In this document: one piece after another, positions 29,605 to 40,211 of the stretch
Position numbering within the stretch: the stretch's first letter is position 1
Layout: every line of letters starts with the position of its first letter
Assembly: GCA_002297045.1 (NCBI GenBank)
Contig: DBJE01000013.1
Location: forward strand, 127,791-191,790
Length of the DNA: 64,000 bases
Source: Bacillales bacterium UBA784
GTDB lineage: Bacteria; Bacillota_I; Bacilli_A; RFN20; CAG-288
Direction: 5' to 3'
The notes under the pieces: model-generated
The model's database searches: none
What the model was told of the DNA's origin: nothing
The model's input: only the letters and a program-made list of their open reading frames with translations
Translations under genes and position numbers: made by a program

Positions 29605-32524
29605 CGTAGTTGACGGAATTGCCAGTATGCGGATACTTCTTGGTGAATTCCTTGTTCTTCTTAAACGTTTTTCGCTTCTTGCGCCTTTCCCGTGCTTCCT
29701 TGGAGCCGGAATGGGCGATAATCTTAAATCCGCGCTTGATGGCATAGCCGGCAAGACCGGTAATCTTGTCTTCCGCTCTTCTCCTGTCTGTCCTTTCCGG
29801 ATGATCACGGACTAGGTGGATGGCATCAAACTGGCAGCGGGTCGTGCAGATACCGCAGCCGATGCATTTGTTTGGATCGACGATTGAGGCTCCGCACTCA
29901 AGACAGCGGGCGGTCTCTTTTTTCACCTGTTCCTCGGTGAAGGTGCCATGTCCGTCACGGAAGCTCCTCTTCTGGTCGAAGGAAGTATCGTTGTTCTTTA
30001 CTTCCTCTCTTCCGGCATGGTCATAGTCGTCAAGCTGAATGTCAAACTTATTGAATTCGACAAAATACCGGCGGTCCCGCCCAATTGTCCTAGAGGCATT
30101 CTCATGGACATGGCGGTGAAGACTTTCTGCGGCTTCATGCCCTTGGGCAATGGCGTTGATGACAAACTTCGGACCGGTATAGACATCTCCCCCGACGAAG
30201 ATGTCCGGATCAGCAGTCTGATAGGTGAACTTATCGGCAAGAGGATAGTTGCCATGCCAATAGGTGACCTTTGTCCCCTTTAATAGATCTCCATAGACAA
30301 TCGTCTGACCGATGGCGAAGATAAGATGTTTGCAGGGAAGTGTCCTTGTCCTGTTTTCGTCATAGAGAGGAGAGAACTTCTTCGTCTCCGGATCGATGAC
30401 CCGGATGCACTTCTTCAGGATGATTCCGGAAACATGGCCGTTTTCATCGACTAGGACTTCCTTAGGACCCCAGCTAGGCTGAATCCTGACATTTTCCTCT
30501 CTTGCTTCGGCAATTTCCTCTTTGCTTGCCGGCCTGATGTCTTCACTTTCCAGGCAACACCTGGTAACACTTGCGGCATGGAACCGGTGAGCGGTACGGG
30601 CGCAGTCGATGGCGACATTTCCTCCGCCGATGACGACGACATCCCCGCCAAGGACTTGGTTCTGGTTTTCGCTGGCCTGATGGAGGAAGTCGACGGCAAT
30701 CCTTGTGCCTTCTGCCCTATCGTTCTTTACGCCAGGACGTTTGCCGCCCTGGCAGCCGATAGCCACATAGAAAGCCTTGTAACCCTGTTTCTTTAATTCG
30801 TCAATCGTCACGTCTTTTCCGACTTCTGTGTTGCAACGGATTTCAACGCCAAGTTTCTTCAGAACATCGATTTCCGCATCGATGACATTTTTCTCAAGCT
30901 TATAGGAAGGAATTCCGTATCTCCTCCTACCGCCAGGAAGCTTTGCCTTTTCAAAGACAGTCGGGCGGTAGCCCATGACGGCAAGATAGTAGGCGCAGCT
31001 AAGTCCGGCAGGACCGGCTCCGATGATGGCAATCTTTTCCTCCCATTCTCCGTTCACCTTGGCAATGACCTTATCTGGGATATAACGGTCCTTTTCATTG
31101 ATTTCCTTGTTGGCGAGGAATTTCTTTACTTCATCGATGGCGACAGCCTTATCGATGGTTCCTCTCGTACAGGCGCTTTCGCACTTGCGGTTACATACCC
31201 GTCCGCAGACGGCCGGGAAAGGATTCTCCTTTTTAATCAGGGCAAGAGCTTCTCTGTACCGCCCCTGGCTAGCCCTCTTTAAATAGGCTTCGACTGGGAC
31301 ATGGGCCGGACAGGCAACCTTGCAAGGTGCCGTTCCGCTCTTGTAGGTGTTATAACGTGCGGTATCCCGGTAGTTCTCATCCCAGGCATATTTGCCCCAG
31401 TGGATTTTATCCGGAAGTGGAGCCTTAGGATATTGCCTTGGCCCTTCCTTGGTGCAGAGTTTCTGCCCTAACTTGACGGCACCGGCAGGGCAGGACTCAA
31501 CGCAGTAGCCACAGGCTACGCAGTTTTTCGGATCGACCTTTGCCGTATAAGAGGAACGAGACCTGTTTGGAGTGTTATATAAAAGGGAGGTCCGTAAGGC
31601 ATTACAGATTTTCACATCGCAGTTGCAGATATCGAAAATGTGGTCTTCCCCATCGATATTCGTGATTTGGTGAACAAAGCCGTTTTCTTCTGATTTTTTG
31701 AGGATGTCTAATGCTTCTTCTTTGTCGATGTATCTTGCCCGTCCTGTTTCCACGGCATAGTCGGCCCTGTCACCGACCTGGATGCACCAGTCTTTCGGAT
31801 CATCAGCACAGCCTTCTCCAAGCCTTGTACGGGAATAACGGCAGGAGCAGAGACCGGCCGAAAGATGACCGTCGTACTTTTTCAGCCAGTAGGAAATCTT
31901 TTCCAGTTTTACGGCTTCGTTATTGCTGTCGATTGCTTTTTCCACTGGGATGACATGCCTACCTATGCCGTTGCCGCCAGGACGGACCATGGAAGTAATC
32001 TTCTCGAGTGGCAGGAAAGTCCTCCGTTCGAAGAAAGAGGCAACTGCAGGATTCTTGTCTACACGGTCTATTGTGGAATTGAATAGTTCAGCAGAGCCGG
32101 GAACGAAATAAGAGACACGATATCGTTTTTCTTTCGGTGCATCCTTTATCGGACCATCGTCATTATAATGGTCTCCATAGTCGTATTCGATTAAGCCATG
32201 GGTGCAAAGAAGTTCTAGATTTTCCTTGAAATCAAGAGGGGAGAATTCCTTTTTATTTTTTTCATAAAGCTGTTCGAAGGTATACCATTTTCTTTGCTTC
32301 CTTCTAAGGACGATGTCAGCCTCTTTCTCCGTGATGATTTCCCGTAATCCCCAGAATTCCGGATCCTTAGTTTTTACGCCAGGGATTTTCGTTGCGACAT
32401 TATCGGTAATCCTGCGTCCGAGCTTACAAAGCTTCTTAAAATAACGTTCTTCATCCTTGTTCTTCGGCTTTGCATTTTCGTACTTGGATATCGTCTCAGG
32501 ATTAATCTTATATTGTTCAGGCAT
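29597..32524 (-). CDS. Multidomain Fe-S flavoprotein with a GltD/NfnB-like NAD(P)H:FAD oxidoreductase core
   Basis: 975 aa. It has a Cys-rich N-terminal module (CSC...GEGC...CNC..C), a CVACGYCVESCP ferredoxin motif, a GltD-like core (CPAHVP, AVCGRVC, IIGAGPAGL, PGG-(AGG)(AGG)-RYGIP, VIGGGNVAIDCART), and a C-terminal 2x[4Fe-4S] domain (CIGCGICTTRC). Confidence 0.8.
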   Translation of the reverse strand: MPEQYKINPETISKYENAKPKNKDEERYFKKLCKLGRRITDNVATKIPGVKTKDPEFWGLREIITEKEADIVLRRKQRKWYTFEQLYEKNKKEFSPLDFKENLELLCTHGLIEYDYGDHYNDDGPIKDAPKEKRYRVSYFVPGSAELFNSTIDRVDKNPAVASFFERRTFLPLEKITSMVRPGGNGIGRHVIPVEKAIDSNNEAVKLEKISYWLKKYDGHLSAGLCSCRYSRTRLGEGCADDPKDWCIQVGDRADYAVETGRARYIDKEEALDILKKSEENGFVHQITNIDGEDHIFDICNCDVKICNALRTSLLYNTPNRSRSSYTAKVDPKNCVACGYCVESCPAGAVKLGQKLCTKEGPRQYPKAPLPDKIHWGKYAWDENYRDTARYNTYKSGTAPCKVACPAHVPVEAYLKRASQGRYREALALIKKENPFPAVCGRVCNRKCESACTRGTIDKAVAIDEVKKFLANKEINEKDRYIPDKVIAKVNGEWEEKIAIIGAGPAGLSCAYYLAVMGYRPTVFEKAKLPGGRRRYGIPSYKLEKNVIDAEIDVLKKLGVEIRCNTEVGKDVTIDELKKQGYKAFYVAIGCQGGKRPGVKNDRAEGTRIAVDFLHQASENQNQVLGGDVVVIGGGNVAIDCARTAHRFHAASVTRCCLESEDIRPASKEEIAEAREENVRIQPSWGPKEVLVDENGHVSGIILKKCIRVIDPETKKFSPLYDENRTRTLPCKHLIFAIGQTIVYGDLLKGTKVTYWHGNYPLADKFTYQTADPDIFVGGDVYTGPKFVINAIAQGHEAAESLHRHVHENASRTIGRDRRYFVEFNKFDIQLDDYDHAGREEVKNNDTSFDQKRSFRDGHGTFTEEQVKKETARCLECGASIVDPNKCIGCGICTTRCQFDAIHLVRDHPERTDRRRAEDKITGLAGYAIKRGFKIIAHSGSKEARERRKKRKTFKKNKEFTKKYPHTGNSVNYDA

Positions 32525-32527
32525 AAG

Positions 32528-33199
32528 TTATCTTTTCCACCTTTCGATTTTCTCTTCCCTGAATTTAGCTAATTCATCCCTTCCTTCTCCGGTTTTTGCC
32601 GAAATCTTCCTGATTACTGATTTTGGATTGCGCTCTTTAATCCATTTTTCAGCATTCTCATAGGAGAAGTCGAAGTAGTCCTTGGTATCCCTTTTAGTGA
32701 TGACGACTAAGTCAGCCTTCTGGAACATCAGCGGATATTTTTCCGGTTTGTCATCTCCTTCCGGTAAAGAGAGAAGAGCCCTGTTATAACAGGCACCGGT
32801 ATCAAATTCTGCCGGGCAGACAAGGTTTCCGACGTTTTCCAGAATGAGGAAGTCGAAGTGTTTCCCTTCTAAGGAATCCCTTGCCTCTTTTGTCCTATCT
32901 GCATCAAGATGGCACCTTCCGCCCGTATGGACCTGAAGGGATTCGCATCCGGTTTTTTCCGATACGGATATGGCATCGATGGAGGAATCAATGTCCGCCT
33001 CCCTTACTCCGATGGAGTATTTCTTTTTCCTTTTGTTTATCAGGGAAATCAGTAGAGTGGTTTTCCCTGCACCCGGAGAAGACCTGACGTTAAGAAGGAA
33101 AGTCCCCGTCTTTTTTAGTTCAGTCCGAAGTGAATCGGCTTCTTTGCTATTTGGTCCAAATACGCTTTCGTGGACTTCAATTACCTTTGGTTGATTCAT
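32528..33199 (-). CDS. hypB: Nickel-insertion GTPase HypB
   Basis: NV-(AGG)-SSPGAGKTTLL P-loop, ENVGNLVCPAEFD, ITKRD. ATG 33199 is preceded by GGAGG and preferred over track start 33277. Confidence 0.88.
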   Translation of the reverse strand: MNQPKVIEVHESVFGPNSKEADSLRTELKKTGTFLLNVRSSPGAGKTTLLISLINKRKKKYSIGVREADIDSSIDAISVSEKTGCESLQVHTGGRCHLDADRTKEARDSLEGKHFDFLILENVGNLVCPAEFDTGACYNRALLSLPEGDDKPEKYPLMFQKADLVVITKRDTKDYFDFSYENAEKWIKERNPKSVIRKISAKTGEGRDELAKFREEKIERWKR

Positions 33200-33357
33200 T
33201 AAGGAGCCTCCATTCCATAATTTCCTATTCCCATAATCATAGCAGAAGTTAAGAAACTTCACTAGTAGAATTAACAAAGGAAGCGATAATTAGCTAAGGC
33301 TAACATAATAAATAAAGTGTCCATCACAATTACGTTATAGAAAATGCTTCTTGTTTT

Positions 33358-33750
33358 CTAAAGCCTTCTCTTTAAGGGAATGTGCTGGATAGTGTCCCTT
33401 ATTGAATGAGCCAGTATGGAAAAGATAGGCCCATATTGGATATTGCCGCTATTGTCTTTTAGGCGGAAGGTCGGCATTCCGACAAGCATTCCCTTTTCGT
33501 TGAACAGTCCTTCCCTTCTGTTTCCTTTGATTATCGTCATATCGGATTGCATGACTACTCTCTCTTTTCCCTCAATAAGAATGCGGACAGGAGGAATACC
33601 GATTATTCCTTCCGTAGAACTTAGGCCATGGTTAAGAGCGTTTCCTATGGCGAATACTTTTTTTCCCGACTGCAAGTCGCTGACACGCTTGGTGGCTTCC
33701 GGGCAATCCTTCGTGGGAGCATCTGTTCCCTTAAGGGCGGCCCTGGACAA
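33358..33750 (-). pseudogene. Remnant of a trypsin-like (S1C/HtrA-type) serine protease, active-site Ser lost
   Basis: VFAIGNALNHGLSSTEGIIG...MQSDMTIIKGN-R-(AGG)-EGLFNEKGMLVG aligns to AiGnPlG..tvT.GIiS...iQtDA.InpGNSGGpL.n..G.lvG, but GNSGG is replaced. The N-terminal His/Asp half is absent or scrambled upstream. Confidence 0.55.
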
Positions 33751-34356
33751 TGATTGCCACCTTTTAAGTCCACCCCTTTCACGCCTTTCTCAGGGACCCT
33801 TGGGTCCGCTTTTCCACTTAATGAGGGAGGGTGGCTATCCCCCATCTTTCGGAAAGCATGGTCTTTCCGTCGGCTTTCCTTACGCATAATAGAAGGCTGT
33901 GGCAGTAACGGAGGAATGTGTTCTTGTTCTCACCTGCCACAAGCGGGAGCCCTATCGTCGTCCTGGCGAGAATCAGATCAAGGAGCTTCTGGAACTCTTA
34001 TATCTGTCGGCGCCTTTTTTCTAATATTAAAAATCCATCATAAGATGACCGATAAAGTAAATCGGTGTTTTTAAGTAGGATAGGCCACCGGTCCTGGCCT
34101 ATCCGGGAGCCAAGGCAAAGCCGTTGTTTCCGTCAAAATCCATGTGGATGCAATTGCTATTATCATCGATGTCAATGGTCTTAACTACTTGCTCTATAGA
34201 TGTCGTCTCCCAATTCAGACAATCGGGTTATTCACTTTTTTCTTTGATTTTACTCACGGAATTATCTTCAACAAAGCATGCACAGTCGTAAGAATCATCC
34301 CCGCAAGGGTAATTCTGCGGATACGTCCTGCCCAGCAAAAAGCAGTGAAAAAAACT

Positions 34357-34800
34357 TTAAAGGAGCAGAATTCCTCGGTAATTGCTTCCGTAGGCCCAGC
34401 TTTTGTAAGAACTATAATGTATCATCTCTTCTCCTTCCGTATCGATCTTCTGAATCCTTAGATTCCATATTCCGATGTTGTCCTGATCTTTATCGTCAAT
34501 ATCGCAGATATAGGCACTAACATAATAATGGGAAAGGGTAGTAACCAAGTCGTCTGCTACTGTTGGAATAAAACGTATGACTAATCCTTCGTCGAATTCA
34601 GACTCATCGCCGACTCCACAGGAAAGACTGTAGAAAACAAACTCTCCGCTATAATTTCTAATCAGATTTCGGACATCGTCCATAAAATCCGGAATTTCAG
34701 AAGCAATGTTTTGGGCAAACATGCCATAGACTCCTTCCTCATCTTTGGCCTCAACCTTTTCGAAAAAAGAAGAGAATGTTTCTACGATGACATCCTCCAA
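34357..34800 (-). pseudogene. DUF5104-like protein fragment lacking its signal peptide
   Basis: The FFEKVEAKDEEGVYGMFAQNIASEIPDFMDDVRNLIRNYSGEF pattern resembles DUF5104 lipoproteins. The ORF starts at a TTG with no RBS and no signal sequence. Confidence 0.4.
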
Positions 34801-34873
34801 ACGTTTCGTATATTAGCAGAACGTTGAAAGGACTAGCCTAGGAACTGCCCGAAGAACAATCAGGGGTCTTGTC

Positions 34874-35330
34874 TTATTCATATTTGTCCTTCGTAATAAA
34901 TTTTAACCGGAAAACGGAATCAGAGGGATCGTATATCCATCTTTCGCTTTCTACCACCCATCGTGAGTGAAACTTCTGTTCTAACATTTCATCAAAGGAG
35001 TCCCCATAACCTAACGTGTCGAATCTGACCGTGTAGACTGCCTTCAGCTTCGTCGCATCGCTTAGCGTCTCATGGGCATAATCCGGGTCAAACCCGGTAA
35101 TCCACCACTGCTTTGACAAGTAGCCGGCTGCCTTTGAGGGATCCCAGTTGATGATCTTCTTCCAGTTTTCCGAGTAGACCGATGTCCGGGTAGTAGACTT
35201 GAAGGGTCCTGTCTATGGCCAGCACTTTGTTGACGTACCAAAAGCTCGGAATTTCCAAGTCTCTTGTAGATTCCCCTTTCCCCGTCGTATCCGATCTCCC
35301 AATAGTCTCCCTTCCATCCCTGCATTCCCC
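34874..35330 (-). pseudogene. Frameshifted hypothetical gene
   Basis: The coding-like sequence is split over three frames: MQGWKGDYWEIGYDGERGIYK..., then YVNKVLAIDRTLQVYYPD, then VYSENWKKIINWDPSKAAGYLSKQWWITGFDPDY... No single frame has a start plus full length. Confidence 0.5.
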
Positions 35331-35461
35331 TTTTTTTTAGTGTATAGATGAAACAGGGATAAAACAATTAGCAATAAGACAGAAAGTGGCATCTATGTAT
35401 TCTTTGATACGGAATATGTGCTTAAAAAGGGGGCGGTAGTTTTGTCAGCCTCTGAATGATA

Positions 35462-36913
35462 TTAGGCTGCCTGAGCGTCCATTGCCGCAAAGGACTCCTT
35501 CTGCCTGTGGAGGATGACGGGAATATAGATTAGGCAGACGATGACCCAGGAAATCGGGAACGTGGCAAAGAGCCAGAAGATGGTGTGGAAGAAATCCAAA
35601 GGGAAGAGCGTGTAAAGGAAAAGAATCCGGCTCCCGGTAACGCCAAGAAGGATGATGACTGCCGGGGAAACCGAATGTTTCCTTCCGCGCAGATAATTGC
35701 TGTCGACTACCCTAAAGCCATCAAGAACCTGGGAAGTAATCCTGATTTTCCTTCTTTCCTGTCCGGCGAGGATGGCGCTTTCCTGGTTGACGACCTCTCC
35801 TTCCTGTGTTTTGGTCAGAAACACCTGCAGGAGTTGCTTGGAGAACACCATGGAAAAAAAGGATGCCGTTAAAGTGAATATCCTCATCCAGATTTGGCTG
35901 TACCAGAATACCTTCTTGATGTTCTCCTTTTTCTTTGCCCCAAAGTTCTGTCCGACAAAGGAGATGCAGGCTGATGCACAGGCATCGCAGAGGGCAAAGA
36001 TATAGTTTTCAATGGTGTTGGATGCGGCAGAACCGGCCACGATTTCATCATCACTGATGACAACGCCACCTAAAGTCAATCCATGGATTGTGTAAAGCGA
36101 GGATTGGATAAGGACGTTAGGGATTCCAAAGCCTAAGCCCTGAATTCCGGAAGGAATACCGATTTTCAGAATTTCTTCAATCGTTTTTCTGTCTGGCTTA
36201 ATCTCGCTGAAGGTAAGACGGGCAAAGCCTTTCTTGTTGAAATAAAGAATGACTGTGACAAGGATGGCAGAAAGTGCCTCGCTTAAGACTGTGGCGTAGG
36301 CAACACCAGCCACATCCCTTTTTCCGTAAATGACAAAAAGAAGGTCAGCGACGATGTTGATTACTCCCGATGAGGCAAGGACATAGAGAGGACGGCGGGA
36401 ATCGCCAAGCCCCATCCTTAACTGGGAACCAAAGTCGTAAATCATCAGGAAAGGCATCCCGATAAAATAAATATGAAGATAGGTAATCGAATTCTGCAGA
36501 ATGTCAGCGGGCGTATTCCTCCAGTTTAAAAGGACAGGGGTCCTAAAATATCCGACTATGGCAACAAGGATTCCGGTGACAATGGCGAGGAAGTAGGAAT
36601 TCCCCATGATTCTGTGAGCCTGTTCCTTGTTATTTGAGCCACGGGCATTTCCTATTGCCACGTTTGATCCAAGGGTCATGGAGACGAAGACAGTGACGAC
36701 AAGATTGATTAAGGCGGTATTGGAACCGATGGCGGACATCGAGTTAGAGCCGCCTCCGAAATTGGCGACGGTGAATAAATCGACGGTGGAGAAAAGAAGC
36801 TGTAAGATGGTCGAAAATGCCATTGGCAAGGCAAAAAGAGGGATTTTCCAGAAAAGGTTACCAGTGGTCAGGTCCCTTTCGGAGATAGATTTCTTCTTTT
36901 TAGTAAGTTCCAT
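35462..36913 (-). CDS. MATE-family efflux transporter
   Basis: 483 aa, 12 TM, N-terminal LTTGNLFWKIPLFALP typical of MATE/NorM proteins. Confidence 0.88.
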   Translation of the reverse strand: MELTKKKKSISERDLTTGNLFWKIPLFALPMAFSTILQLLFSTVDLFTVANFGGGSNSMSAIGSNTALINLVVTVFVSMTLGSNVAIGNARGSNNKEQAHRIMGNSYFLAIVTGILVAIVGYFRTPVLLNWRNTPADILQNSITYLHIYFIGMPFLMIYDFGSQLRMGLGDSRRPLYVLASSGVINIVADLLFVIYGKRDVAGVAYATVLSEALSAILVTVILYFNKKGFARLTFSEIKPDRKTIEEILKIGIPSGIQGLGFGIPNVLIQSSLYTIHGLTLGGVVISDDEIVAGSAASNTIENYIFALCDACASACISFVGQNFGAKKKENIKKVFWYSQIWMRIFTLTASFFSMVFSKQLLQVFLTKTQEGEVVNQESAILAGQERRKIRITSQVLDGFRVVDSNYLRGRKHSVSPAVIILLGVTGSRILFLYTLFPLDFFHTIFWLFATFPISWVIVCLIYIPVILHRQKESFAAMDAQAA

Positions 36914-37206
36914 AAAACAAAGTTCTTTAGTGACTTGAATACTCTATTCCTTTTATTTTCCTTTCTTCTATAAAAGTGCTTACACGTTTGGACTAGAAAT
37001 GGCACGGAACCGATTCATTCCTTGTCTCTGTTTTTTTGATTCTCGCCTTCTCTTGCTAAAGTAGGAAAACAAATAGACTTTTCAGAAGAATTCGTAATGA
37101 AAATTAAGCAAATTGTAAATTAATGTAAAATACATTTATTGGGACAAACTGCCGGAATATAATTAATTGTAGACATTTTTTCTTTATTTGCCTACAGGAG
37201 GGATAA

Positions 37207-38118
37207 ATGACAGGAATAATCGAAATCGAACACCTCTCTAAGTCTTTTGGTTCAGTCAAGGCGGTCGATGATTTAAGTCTTTCCGTACGGAAGGGGGAAC
37301 TTTATGCTTTCCTTGGCGTCAATGGCGCAGGAAAGTCGACAACCATCAACATTCTTTGCGGTCAGCTGACAAAAGACACGGGAAAAATCTTTATTGACGG
37401 ACATGACCTAGATTCCGGAAGGGCAGTGATTAAACGGAAGCTTGGGGTCGTTTTTCAGAATTCGGTACTCGATGCCCATCTATCGGTGTATGACAATTTA
37501 GCAAGCCGTGCCTCTCTTTATGGAATCAAGGGGCAGCAATTGAAAGACAGAATCGATGAACTTGCAAAGAGGCTTGACTTCTCCTCTCTGAGGAAGAGAA
37601 CGGTTGGTAAGCTTTCCGGAGGCCAGAGACGGAGAATCGATGTTGCCCGTGCCCTTATCCATGAGCCGCAGATTCTTATTCTTGACGAGCCGACAACGGG
37701 ACTTGATCCGCAGACACGGGTCAATCTTTGGAATGTCGTCCAGAACCTACGGCAAAAGAAAGAAAGGACGGTCTTTCTTACCACGCACTATAGGGAAGAG
37801 GCTGCGGATGCGGACTATGTCGTCATACTCGATTCGGGAAAGATTGCCGCTGAAGGAACGCCGGTGGAACTGAAGAACAAATATACTGGCGACTTTATTA
37901 CCCTTTATAATCAGAAGGAAGATTTGGTCAAGACTCTGAATCTCCCCTATGAAAAGAAAAAGGATTCGTTCCGTATCAGGGTTCCTTCGACTAAGGATGC
38001 CCGGAATCTTTTGATTGAGCATCCCGAAGTTTTCGATGATTTCGAAATCACGAAGGGAAAGAGGGATGATGTCTTTCTTGCTGTGACTGGTAAGAATCTG
38101 GAAGGAGGAAGGAAATGA
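37207..38118 (+). CDS. ABC-2-type exporter ATPase (DrrA-like)
   Basis: Walker A GVNGAGKST, signature LSGGQRRR (AGA-CGG-AGA at 37627-37635), Walker B ILILDEPTTGLD. ACAGGAGGGA RBS. Confidence 0.9.
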   Translation: MTGIIEIEHLSKSFGSVKAVDDLSLSVRKGELYAFLGVNGAGKSTTINILCGQLTKDTGKIFIDGHDLDSGRAVIKRKLGVVFQNSVLDAHLSVYDNLASRASLYGIKGQQLKDRIDELAKRLDFSSLRKRTVGKLSGGQRRRIDVARALIHEPQILILDEPTTGLDPQTRVNLWNVVQNLRQKKERTVFLTTHYREEAADADYVVILDSGKIAAEGTPVELKNKYTGDFITLYNQKEDLVKTLNLPYEKKKDSFRIRVPSTKDARNLLIEHPEVFDDFEITKGKRDDVFLAVTGKNLEGGRK

Positions 38119-39029
38119 ATACACTATTCTCTTTGACGAAGCGAAACGTCAAACTGTTTTTTAAAGATAAGGCTAGGTTCTTCACTTCGCTTATCACTCC
38201 TGTGATTCTGCTCGTTCTTTTTATTACCTTCTTAGGCGATATCTATAGAGATGGATTTAAAAACAATCTTGCTCAATTTCAGATTTCTGATAAACTGGTA
38301 AACGCCTTCGCCGGAGGACAGGTTGTCGCCTGCATCTTAGCTGTCTCCTGCGTGACCGTTGCCTTCTGCTCGAACTTCCTCATGGTTCAGGACAAAGTGA
38401 CCGGAACAATAAAGGATTTCACTTCTTCTCCGGCAAAGCCTTGGATTATTGCCCTGTCCTACTTCCTGGCCACGTTGATTTCTACCCTCTTTGTCTGTTA
38501 CTTAGGCGCTGCCGCCTGCTTCATCTACCTCGCCGTCGTCGGATTCTATAGGACTGCCGTCGATGTCATCCTTCTCCTTGTCGACATTTTCCTTCTTACT
38601 CTCTTTGGTACGGCCCTTTCCTCGTTGATTAACTTCTTCCTTTCCACCCAGGGACAGATCAGTGCGGTAGGAACCATTGTCTCCGCCGGGTACGGCTTTA
38701 TCTGCGGTGCCTATAGGCCGATTAACTCTATGGGAAAAGGATTGCAGGTTTTCACTTCCTTCCTTCCCAATGTCTATGGGACCATCCTGACTAGACAGCA
38801 CTGCCTTAACGGTGCAAGGACTGCCCTGAAAGACGAAGGCGTCCCCCAGGTAGCAATCGATAAAATATCAGATTATTTCGACCTGAATTTCTATTTCTTC
38901 GACCATAAGGTTCCTTCCTATGCAAGGTACATCATCCTTATTTCCTCTATCCTTGTCTTAATTGCTGTTTACGTCGCTCTCAACTATATAAAGAGGCGTA
39001 AGAAGAAGTTTATCCGGCTGAAAAAATAG
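38115..39029 (+). CDS. ABC-2-type exporter permease
   Basis: 304 aa, 6 TM, 4-nt ATGA overlap with the ATPase gene. Confidence 0.85.
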   Translation: MNTLFSLTKRNVKLFFKDKARFFTSLITPVILLVLFITFLGDIYRDGFKNNLAQFQISDKLVNAFAGGQVVACILAVSCVTVAFCSNFLMVQDKVTGTIKDFTSSPAKPWIIALSYFLATLISTLFVCYLGAAACFIYLAVVGFYRTAVDVILLLVDIFLLTLFGTALSSLINFFLSTQGQISAVGTIVSAGYGFICGAYRPINSMGKGLQVFTSFLPNVYGTILTRQHCLNGARTALKDEGVPQVAIDKISDYFDLNFYFFDHKVPSYARYIILISSILVLIAVYVALNYIKRRKKKFIRLKK

Positions 39030-39051
39030 TTTTGCTTCCTTCATTAAAAAA

Positions 39052-39085
39052 GGAGACCGATCCGACTGACGGTCTCCTTTTCCTT
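39052..39085 (+). terminator. Terminator after the ABC-2 exporter operon
   Basis: GGAGACCG (39052-39059) pairs with CGGTCTCC (39070-39077), followed by TTTTCCTTT. Confidence 0.85.
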
Positions 39086-39145
39086 TGCATAGGGATTTCG
39101 TGAATCCTTCCTGTTCTTCTGAAGTCAGGAAAGACAGGGATTTCC

Positions 39146-39817
39146 TTATTGATTCCATCTGATTTTGGTAATCCGGTTTGGAACCTCGGGAAAAACGGGC
39201 TTAGTCTCACTAAGGGCAGGGATTTGGACGATGAAATAAAACGAATAGGTCGGGCTGTACCTATCTAAAGAAGAGACTTTCTCCAAATCGCTAGGATTTG
39301 ATGGAAAAGCCTTGGCGACAAGATAGATCCTCTTTTTCGTCTTTCCGCTCTGCGGATAGCAAAGCTTTAAAGACTATATTTCCCTGGAATGTTTGTAAAA
39401 CTGGGATTCCCATGAAAAGAGAAGAAGGTGGCTAGTGGTAAAGTCCCTGTGGGAAAGGATCAAATCTTTTCTTTCTGTCCTGAAATCCGGATAAGTGTCC
39501 GACAAGGACAAAAAACTCTCTTTAGAGGTGATAATCCTCGCATCAGGGAAGGAAGTATAGCTACAGGTTGTCTTAAGCCGGTCTGTGTCCTCCTTTTCTT
39601 CGGAAAAAGGATAGTCAATCGTGATGGTATCAAAGCGGATTTCTTCTGTTTTCCGGAAACCGTCGCTTTTCGGCCTTTCCTGGTTTAAAGAAGGGGAAAC
39701 ATCTTTAGTCGGTGAATCTGAGGATTTGAGACTGGTGATTGAACTCTTGCCAAAAGGGTTTTTGCAAGAGCCGAGAAGGAAGAAAAAACCGGAAAATATC
39801 AGGAATTTCTTTTTCAT
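39146..39817 (-). pseudogene. Lipoprotein paralogue 1, interrupted by an in-frame TAG
   Basis: MKKKFLIFSGFFFLLGSC lipobox. TAG at 39374-39376, then 75 further in-frame codons (SLKLCYPQSG...YFIVQIPALSETKPVFPEVP...) that are homologous to the C-termini of paralogues 2 and 3. Confidence 0.65.
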
Positions 39818-40211
39818 TGACCAAACATATTTTTTTAAGCTTAGCGTGGGGAAAAGAAAATATCCTATTTTCCCATAAAGAATAATATTTCTTCTTTATC
39901 CTGGACTCTAGGAGAGGATAAGAGCTTTTATTTCGACTATCTTAGGCCGGGCAGAAAATGATTTTCCAATCGACGATAAGCGTTCCGAAACAAAAAAAGA
40001 CAAGACTGAATGAGGAAGAAAACGGTCAATATTTTGTGTAAATAGGGTCATGCGACACCCTCTTTCCTTTACACGGACTATTCATATCAATCTGGATTTA
40101 TTTTTTTACCCAATGCATGTAGCCCTTTTAGAAAAAGACCTTCTTTGGCATGATAATCCTTGGAAGAAGGGATGTTTACGGCCGTTAGGAACACTATTGT
40201 TTATCTTTTTT

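Noticed and set aside
29605-29808. 68-codon upstream extension of the hypA ORF
   Set aside because: It lies entirely inside the 3' end of the upstream flavoprotein gene in another frame. HypA proteins begin with MHE, which is exactly at ATG 29604.
33750-34030. GC-rich, hairpin-rich stretch. Features include GGACC-CUUG-GGUCC, CGGAAAG-N6-CTTTCCG and GTGGCAG...CTGCCAC. On the minus strand, GGAAAGACCATGCT resembles the RNase P P4 motif GGAAAGTCCATGCT.
   Set aside because: The GGAAAG segment pairs locally instead of with a distant P4 partner. No 3' P4 strand (ACA-AAC-GGCTTA) or other RNase P, tmRNA or SRP signatures were found. One minus-strand frame carries residual protease-like coding signal. 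It is most likely the scrambled 5' half of the protease pseudogene. An Rfam scan would settle it.
37113-37130. AATGTA-AAA-TACATT inverted repeat upstream of the ABC-2 exporter operon as a regulator binding site
   Set aside because: It is a short 6-bp-arm palindrome in very AT-rich DNA with no adjacent regulator gene. Chance occurrence is plausible.
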